Virus record (IMG/VR): IMGVR_UViG_3300046501_000246
Reading direction: 5' to 3' (one strand)
From: a virus
Length of the DNA: 64,000 nucleotides
Part shown: positions 58,058-64,000 of the stretch, piece by piece
How the letters are laid out: each line of letters begins with the position of its first letter
Position numbering within the stretch: position 1 is the stretch's first letter
The notes under the pieces: generated by a model
The model's input: the letters and a program-made list of their open reading frames with translations, nothing else
What the model was told of the DNA's origin: nothing
The model's database searches: none
Translations under genes and position numbers: made by a program

Positions 58058-58085
58058 AAAAGGGCTATTCTAAGCCCTTTTATTT
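58058..58085 (+). terminator. intrinsic terminator
   Basis: AAAAGGGCT-ATTCTA-AGCCCTTTT followed by ATTT. Confidence 0.7.
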
Positions 58086-58107
58086 ATGACTTTAGAAGGA
58101 GATTGCA

Positions 58108-59442
58108 ATGTCAATTACTCTAACTGATCACCAAAATGAAGCCGTCAAAAAAGTTGTGGCGTGGTTTAAACAAGCTCAAACCGAAGAAGAGCCTAAGCCT
58201 TGTTATTTAGGTGGATATGCCGGTTCGGGGAAGACAGCAATTCTTCCTTTTATTGTTGAAGCTTGCGGCCTGACAACGACTGAAGTATTTGTTGTCACCC
58301 CTACGGGGAAGGCTGCTCGTGTGGCGGGCAAAAAACTGCGTGACGCTGGTGTAGATATTATCCCTAGCACGATTCATTCCGCGATCTATAGACCAAAGGC
58401 ACTCAAAGCTGAAGTGCTTGAATACAAAATAGCTGATCTTGGTAAGGCGCTTGGTTCAGCGGCTGAATTTAGTGCTCCAGATGTTTTCTTTGAGGGTAAA
58501 AAGTACAGCCTCAAAGATGCTCAGCGAACCCTTAAACTTTTAAACGAAGATTTGGACAAGGCTTATATTTCTACTGATGGTCCGACATGGCACCTCAATA
58601 CGGAAAGCTCTATCCGTGAAGCTTCACTTATTATCGTGGACGAAGCTTCGATGGTTGGCGAAATGATTCGTGATGATTTAAAATCTTTTGGTATCCCGAT
58701 CCTCGCCATTGGCGATCCGGGACAGCTTCAGCCCGTTAAAGACAATCCCGGATTTTGCATCGGAAAACCTGATGTTTTCCTGACCGAAATTCATCGCCAA
58801 GCCAAAGATAATCCTATCATCGCTCTTGCCACGCATATCAGAGAAGGCGGCGAACTGGAAGTCGGAACGTGGGGCGAGACAGTCAATATCGTTCGGAAGA
58901 AGAATGACGAAGACACATTAGATATGGATAAAGAAGTCCAAGTCCTTTGTGGTACAAATGCAACACGGTGGAAGCTAACCAAAAAAATCCGCAAAGCCGC
59001 TGGTTATGATTTAGTCGGTCCTATGGTTGGCGAACCTCTTATCGTTCGTAAAAATTCAAGAGTTGCTAAAGAGCTTGTCAATGGCATGTTCTTAACAAAT
59101 AATAAAGATTACGAATTGGTTGAAGGTCGCGCCACGTTCTACATGAATGCGACAGACGAAGATGGTATCGTTAGAAATATCACAGTCTGTCAAGCGCTTT
59201 TTGAAGAGCATTACGGAAGGCAAGCCGGATACTTTACCGGCGAAAAGAAAGAAGTCTTTGAGGCTAAAAAGAAGCAGCATCACGTCGATTGGGGCCATTG
59301 TATCACGACCCATCTAAGTCAGGGATCGCAGTGGCCTCATGTCGTTGTGCATGACGAAGGTTATGTTTTCAGGGACGATATAGACAAGTGGCGTTATACC
59401 GCCGTTACCAGAGCGGCAGAAAAACTTACAGTGGTAATTTAA
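58108..59442 (+). CDS. SF1B helicase (RecD/Dda-like)
   Basis: GYAGSGKT, TPTGKAA, TIHS, VDEASM, GDPGQLQPV, LTEIHRQ, ITTHLSQGSQW, YTAVTRA. Confidence 0.9.
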   Translation: MSITLTDHQNEAVKKVVAWFKQAQTEEEPKPCYLGGYAGSGKTAILPFIVEACGLTTTEVFVVTPTGKAARVAGKKLRDAGVDIIPSTIHSAIYRPKALKAEVLEYKIADLGKALGSAAEFSAPDVFFEGKKYSLKDAQRTLKLLNEDLDKAYISTDGPTWHLNTESSIREASLIIVDEASMVGEMIRDDLKSFGIPILAIGDPGQLQPVKDNPGFCIGKPDVFLTEIHRQAKDNPIIALATHIREGGELEVGTWGETVNIVRKKNDEDTLDMDKEVQVLCGTNATRWKLTKKIRKAAGYDLVGPMVGEPLIVRKNSRVAKELVNGMFLTNNKDYELVEGRATFYMNATDEDGIVRNITVCQALFEEHYGRQAGYFTGEKKEVFEAKKKQHHVDWGHCITTHLSQGSQWPHVVVHDEGYVFRDDIDKWRYTAVTRAAEKLTVVI

Positions 59443-60032
59443 TGGCAGAGAAGAAATTTAAACTTGTCGAAAATAGGATCGTAGGTTTTAGCGGCTATAA
59501 ACGTTCAGGGAAGGGCACATGTGCTGAAGCTTTAAAAGGCATGAGGTATGTGGATGTTCCCTTCGCTGGCGGTCTCAAGGCCATGCTAACGGCGTGGCTC
59601 GAATACAATGATGTTGAAGACCCAAGCCTTTACACTGACGATTGGTACAAAGATCACAGAAGTCGGTACTTCAATAATAAAGAATTTCGCTACGCGATGC
59701 AAACACTTGGTACAGAGTGGGGCAGAAATTTCATGGGTAAAAATTTCTGGATCGACGGCTGGAAGCGGAAAATTAAAAATTTGGATAGAGTTGCCGTTAG
59801 CGACGTGCGATTTCCAGATGAAGTTGATGCGATCCGGGAGCAAAACGGGATCGTCATCAAAGTAAGGCGACCTTCGTTCTACAACATGGATGAGCATGTA
59901 TCAGAAGCAAATATGGAATCTTTAAAATGTGATTATGAAGTCGTCAATATAGAAATTGAAGACACTAAGAAGCAAGTTAGAGAAATCGTAAAGAACCATT
60001 TTAAGGGTAAAGGAAATTTTATTCGTGACTAA
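59442..60032 (+). CDS. deoxynucleoside monophosphate kinase
   Basis: GFSGYKRSGKG, R..MQTLGTEWGR, DVRFPDE. Confidence 0.88.
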   Translation: MAEKKFKLVENRIVGFSGYKRSGKGTCAEALKGMRYVDVPFAGGLKAMLTAWLEYNDVEDPSLYTDDWYKDHRSRYFNNKEFRYAMQTLGTEWGRNFMGKNFWIDGWKRKIKNLDRVAVSDVRFPDEVDAIREQNGIVIKVRRPSFYNMDEHVSEANMESLKCDYEVVNIEIEDTKKQVREIVKNHFKGKGNFIRD

Positions 60033-60882
60033 ATTTATTACAGAGCCAACGGTTCATGTCGTAGCCGAGACAAAGATCAATTGGGAAGGCATTCAGAATT
60101 GGGCTCATGACCATAATCTAACTGAAGTTCTTCATGATGACGGCACACCACTTGGCGTGCTATGGAACGATCTTTATCATGACGAGAGAGATATTTCCCT
60201 AGATGCTTTGCCTGAATTTGCGGGACGCCACTGCTACCGTTCATTTTCAAAAGGGCGAGAAAGATCAGAATATATTAAAAATATCATTGACATGGAACAT
60301 GGTTCTGTGCTAGAACATTCTAATATCTCGTTCGCAATCTCTGGCGTTTCTCGTTCACTTACTCATGAACTTATTCGTCACAGGGCAGGCGCTGCACCGT
60401 CTCAGGAAAGCCAGCGCTACGTTGACGCAAAAGACGTTAACTTCGTTATTCCTCCTTTGATTCAGAGCTTGGACAATCGAGCCGTTAATTCTGTTGGTAA
60501 CATATTCGCCAGCACCTGTCTCGATGCGTTGCAGCAATATAAAAATTTAATTTCCTTCATGGAATCACTGACTACTTCTGGTGAAGGTTCTGAACTAGGC
60601 GTTAAACTCGCTACGATGCGCAAGAAACGAATTCTAGAAGCGGCACGTTCTGTCCTACCCAATGCAGCTGAAACGCGTCTGACGTGGACCATGAACATGA
60701 GAGCGGCCCGTCACGTCTGCGCCTTGCGTGGTGGTGAAGGGGCCGATCTAGAAATCCGCGTCCTTGCCGTTACAATGCTGAAAGAACTTCAGGAACGCGC
60801 TCCTATTATCTTCAATGATTTTTCAATCTACGATGCCCCTGACGGGTTCAAAGCTATTCATTGTGAGAAACCAAAGGTTTAA
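60025..60882 (+). CDS. thyX: flavin-dependent thymidylate synthase
   Basis: AGRHCY, HGSVLEH, SRSLTHELIRHR, SQESQRYV, ARSVLPN, EIR. Confidence 0.92.
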   Translation: MTKFITEPTVHVVAETKINWEGIQNWAHDHNLTEVLHDDGTPLGVLWNDLYHDERDISLDALPEFAGRHCYRSFSKGRERSEYIKNIIDMEHGSVLEHSNISFAISGVSRSLTHELIRHRAGAAPSQESQRYVDAKDVNFVIPPLIQSLDNRAVNSVGNIFASTCLDALQQYKNLISFMESLTTSGEGSELGVKLATMRKKRILEAARSVLPNAAETRLTWTMNMRAARHVCALRGGEGADLEIRVLAVTMLKELQERAPIIFNDFSIYDAPDGFKAIHCEKPKV

Positions 60883-60886
60883 TTAA

Positions 60887-61722
60887 ATGAACATTAAAGA
60901 AATGGTTAGCGACGGTAAGCGAGTCAAATTTAAATACTACCGAAGTGAAAATCTTTGGTACGAGACTGAGAACGGGTTTCTCTTTCCCGTACCGATCAGC
61001 GACATTGGAGACGCTACTTTCCTTGCCGAAGACAAGGCAATGCTCTTCATGCGCTACATCCGACAATATCTTAAATTTTTAGAAAGTTAAAACATGATTG
61101 CGTACATTAAACTTACGGACGAAGAAGATGGCAAAATCCGTATCGAAACCAGCTACGAATTCGAAAATGATGAAGAGCGTACCGGTCCCGTAACGAATGC
61201 GTCATTTTATGGTTATACCGTGGATTGGCTTTTCAAGACAGGGAAGATCAGAGATTACGCCCCCGAAGCTGAAGCCGATCTACTGATGGCTCAACAAGAA
61301 GAAGACGCTAAAAATAATGGCGAATAAGTTTAAATTCCAAGCCACGATTGTTACGCAATTTCAATTGACCAATACACTAAATAATTTGGTCAAGCAAGGC
61401 AGGGAAATTTATTCTATTCACAACATGTCCAATGATGATTTTACTATTGTTTCCACTGAGCCTGTAAAAGAATTTGATAAGGACGATGAGGGGATTAAAG
61501 ACTGGATCATCCAAGTTAAACTAGAAAAGGCTAAGACAAGTGGCCAGTAACTACGGAACACAATTTGTTGAAGGCGTGGAGGAATTAAATTCCTTCATCA
61601 CTTCGACCGACAAAGAAATTGTCAGCGTCAATAATCACGGTAATGGTTTTATTATTGTTTTTAAACACAGCGATCCAGAATTAGAAGACTGGATCAGAAA
61701 CATCCGCGTAGAACCAATTTAA
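60887..61722 (+). CDS. four small hypothetical proteins (60887-61090, 61094-61327, 61317-61550, 61540-61722)
   Basis: ORF track. Confidence 0.6.
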
Positions 61723-61738
61723 TTTTTAAAGGTATATA

Positions 61739-62245
61739 ATGACTATCACTACACAAGCACTCCTCGATCTTCAGACCGAAATTTTTGAAATTAATAAAGC
61801 TAACGGTTTTTGGGACATGGGCGTTGAGAACCGCTCCTTTGCTCAGCATATTTCCTTAGTCCATTCCGAAGTCTCAGAAGCTGTTGAAGCTGATCGTAAA
61901 GATTTGTGGGATGACAAGCTCCCGGAATATAAGGGCATTGCGGTTGAACTAGCCGACGTTGCTATCCGCATTCTCGACTGGACCGGCGCTAACAAGCAGG
62001 CTTATACCGTCGATGTGCCACAGGCTTACTTCCTCGACTATGCCGACTTCTCAGAATTCGCGGCTGAAATCCACCTCCTTATTTCGAAGTGGTATGCAAC
62101 GAAGGACGTTGCTTGGGGCTTCATCGTTCTGGATGAGATTGTCGATTATGCAAACGCCAACGACATTCCATTCATGGAAATTGTGGAGAAGAAGTTACAG
62201 AAGAATCGCGAACGTGGATATAAGCACGGCGGGAAGAATTACTAA
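61739..62245 (+). CDS. MazG-like nucleotide pyrophosphohydrolase
   Basis: LVHSEVSEAVEADR, ELADVAIRILD, K...N..R.YKHGGK. Confidence 0.8.
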   Translation: MTITTQALLDLQTEIFEINKANGFWDMGVENRSFAQHISLVHSEVSEAVEADRKDLWDDKLPEYKGIAVELADVAIRILDWTGANKQAYTVDVPQAYFLDYADFSEFAAEIHLLISKWYATKDVAWGFIVLDEIVDYANANDIPFMEIVEKKLQKNRERGYKHGGKNY

Positions 62246-62270
62246 TAGTTTTCAATTACTTAATAAATTT

Positions 62271-62302
62271 AAAGTTACCCGTCGCTTTGGCGGGTAATTT
62301 TT
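62271..62302 (+). terminator. terminator-like hairpin
   Basis: AAAGTTACCCGTC-GCTTT-GGCGGGTAATTTT. Confidence 0.6.
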
Positions 62303-62314
62303 ATGGAGATAAAT

Positions 62315-62602
62315 ATGGCAGAAGAAGCACAACAAGAAAAATTTTTTATGAAGCCTAAAGACATCGTTGAACTTTTTAAAAAGTATGAGATGGAAAAGAA
62401 GGATACTAAGAATCCGAAAAAAGTAAAGCCGACTGGCAGGAAGCGCCCAAAGAATCATGACGGCCTCCCGCTGATGGAACGCTGCCAAGCTATTTTAGGA
62501 CGCCGTATGAAAGAGCGTAAAGGCGTTGGATATATGCTTGATGGTGTACACGTTTCATGTGAACGACTATTGCGCGAAGCGGGTTTATTTTTGTTAGATT
62601 AA
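62315..62602 (+). CDS. basic hypothetical protein
   Basis: ORF track; GGAGA SD. Confidence 0.6.
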   Translation: MAEEAQQEKFFMKPKDIVELFKKYEMEKKDTKNPKKVKPTGRKRPKNHDGLPLMERCQAILGRRMKERKGVGYMLDGVHVSCERLLREAGLFLLD

Positions 62603-62624
62603 AATGTACAAAGTAATTTTCAAC

Positions 62625-62653
62625 TTGACTTTTTAGAAGTTTTGTGTTAAGAT
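62625..62653 (+). promoter_or_regulatory. sigma70-like promoter for nrdI-nrdE
   Basis: TTGACT-N17-TAAGAT with TG extension. Confidence 0.7.
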
Positions 62654-62711
62654 TTTAATCTTTCAATAATGAAAAATGGACGTTTTAAGTAGGCCAATAA
62701 GGAGGTGGCAG

Positions 62712-63101
62712 GTGTATAATATTGTCTTTTATTCCTCCGAAACTGGTAACACTCTTTCATTCATTAAGAAATTAGGTATGGAAGAAAACGCATTCCAGAT
62801 CAAGACTAGAATGCCAAATTTAGTAGAAATTTCAAGTCCTTACATTTTATTTATCCCGACCTATGCAGCAAATGACGGACGAGGGGCTATCCCAAAATCA
62901 ATAGTAAAATTTCTAAATAATCAAAATAACAGAACACACCTCAAAGGTATTGTGGCTTCCGGTAATAAAAACTTCGGGAGCAATTTTTGTCTCGCTGGCG
63001 ATCTGATCTCGAATAAATGTGATGTGCCAGTCTTATACAGGTATGAGCTACGCGGCACGCAACACGACGTAACAAATGTAATGGATATTTTCAATGCTTG
63101 A
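62712..63101 (+). CDS. nrdI: class Ib RNR flavodoxin NrdI
   Basis: [20 protein letters not shown]...N....[21 protein letters not shown]; GTG start after TAAGGAGG. Confidence 0.92.
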   Translation: MYNIVFYSSETGNTLSFIKKLGMEENAFQIKTRMPNLVEISSPYILFIPTYAANDGRGAIPKSIVKFLNNQNNRTHLKGIVASGNKNFGSNFCLAGDLISNKCDVPVLYRYELRGTQHDVTNVMDIFNA

Positions 63102-64000
63102 TTATCACTCTCTTAACGCACTACTGGCAATTCCCACTCATGACGGAAAAGTAAATTTCGACGCAGACAAAGAAGCAGCACGTCAGTATTTTTTGAATCA
63201 TATAAATCAGAATACCGTTTTCTTCCACTCTCTGGAAGAGAAGATCGCATACCTAATCGAGAATGAATATTACGAGCAGGACGTTTTTGATCTCTACAAA
63301 TTTGAAGATATTAAAAACCTATTCAAGACTATCTATGACGTAAAGTTTCGCTTCCCTTCGTTCATGGGAGCTTTTAAATTTTATACCCAATACGCGATGA
63401 AAACGTTTGATGGCGAACGCTATATCGAACGCTACGAAGATCGTGTCTGCATGACAGCGCTTTACCTTGGTCGTGGCGATCTAGCTCTGGCCCACGATAT
63501 TGCTTCAGCCATTGTCAAGGGCGAGTATCAGCCTGCTACGCCAACCTTCCTTAATTCTGGTAAGAAGCAGCGTGGCGAACTTGTTTCGTGCTTCCTCCTC
63601 CGTGTCGAGGATAATATGGAAAGCATTTCGCGCGCCATCAACTCTTCGCTTCAACTTTCTAAGCGTGGCGGTGGTGTTGCCCTCCTCCTCACAAATCTTC
63701 GTGAAGCTGGTGCGCCGATCAAGAAAATTGAGAATCAGTCTTCCGGCGTTGTGCCTGTGATGAAAATTTTAGAAGATTCATTCTCCTACGCAAATCAGCT
63801 TGGGGCTCGACAAGGCGCTGGCGCGGTTTACCTAAACGTTCACCACCCCGACATTTTGGAATTTCTTGACACAAAGCGCGAGAATGCTGATGAGAAGATT
63901 CGTATCAAGACACTTTCCCTCGGGCTAGTCGTACCAGATATTACGTTTGAACTGGCGAAGAAGAATGAAGACATGTTCCTGTTTTCGCCTTATGATGTTG
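63094..64000 (+). CDS. nrdE: class Ib ribonucleotide reductase alpha subunit (3' end outside window)
   Basis: manual translation: [64 protein letters not shown]. Confidence 0.95.
   Translation, partial: MLDYHSLNALLAIPTHDGKVNFDADKEAARQYFLNHINQNTVFFHSLEEKIAYLIENEYYEQDVFDLYKFEDIKNLFKTIYDVKFRFPSFMGAFKFYTQYAMKTFDGERYIERYEDRVCMTALYLGRGDLALAHDIASAIVKGEYQPATPTFLNSGKKQRGELVSCFLLRVEDNMESISRAINSSLQLSKRGGGVALLLTNLREAGAPIKKIENQSSGVVPVMKILEDSFSYANQLGARQGAGAVYLNVHHPDILEFLDTKRENADEKIRIKTLSLGLVVPDITFELAKKNEDMFLFSPYDV

Noticed and set aside
940-60698. Numerous minus-strand and alternate-frame ORFs in the track (e.g. 940-1422, 4669-5010, 15450-15848, 23866-24282, 33432-33953, 54396-54755)
   Set aside because: They lie antisense or out of frame within well-supported genes, lack SDs and recognisable motifs, and look like shadow ORFs.
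46088-62245. 2-aminoadenine (dZ) genome pathway from HD + MazG + PolA
   Set aside because: No PurZ (adenylosuccinate-synthetase-like) gene is in the window, and the HD and MazG proteins fit common phage families.
63500-63760. 86-aa + strand ORF in the track
   Set aside because: It is an alternate frame inside nrdE, which the track omitted because it has no stop within the window.
1-64000. tRNA genes, rRNA and CRISPR arrays
   Set aside because: No cloverleaf with T-loop/D-loop consensus was found in the short intergenic gaps, and no regularly spaced direct repeats were seen. A tRNAscan/CRISPR scan would be definitive.

Overview
The window is a gene-dense segment of a large dsDNA bacteriophage genome covering the early, replication and metabolism arm. 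It is almost entirely + strand, with many overlapping start/stop junctions, and I saw no structural genes, tRNAs, rRNA or CRISPR array. Replication and recombination genes: AEP primase-SF3 helicase, T7-like family A DNA polymerase, DEDDh exonuclease, Cas4-like nuclease, SSB-like protein, RecD/Dda-like and SNF2-like helicases, ATP-dependent DNA ligase, and a minimal tyrosine recombinase. rIIA/rIIB are also present. Nucleotide metabolism: Tdk, dNMP kinase, ThyX, NrdI, NrdE (truncated by the window end), and HD, MazG and Nudix hydrolases. There are two NAD salvage routes (PnuC+NadR; NadM-Nudix+NadV) and a dispersed RNA-repair kit (Rnl1, Rnl2, HAD phosphatase, P-loop kinase+phosphoesterase, Thg1, Pol-beta-type nucleotidyltransferase). 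About a dozen sigma70-like promoters and several terminator hairpins are readable. An alphaproteobacterial host is a weak inference only. The most interesting unexplained items are: an ExbB/MotA-ExbD-like membrane trio; a SerRS-like mini-synthetase beside a MazG-like protein; a multi-stem non-coding structure after the SSB gene; a DUF4326-like domain in frame with the polymerase; a triplet of paralogous lipoproteins; and two divergent promoters that share one -10 hexamer. All family assignments come from reading motifs by eye, with no database searches.
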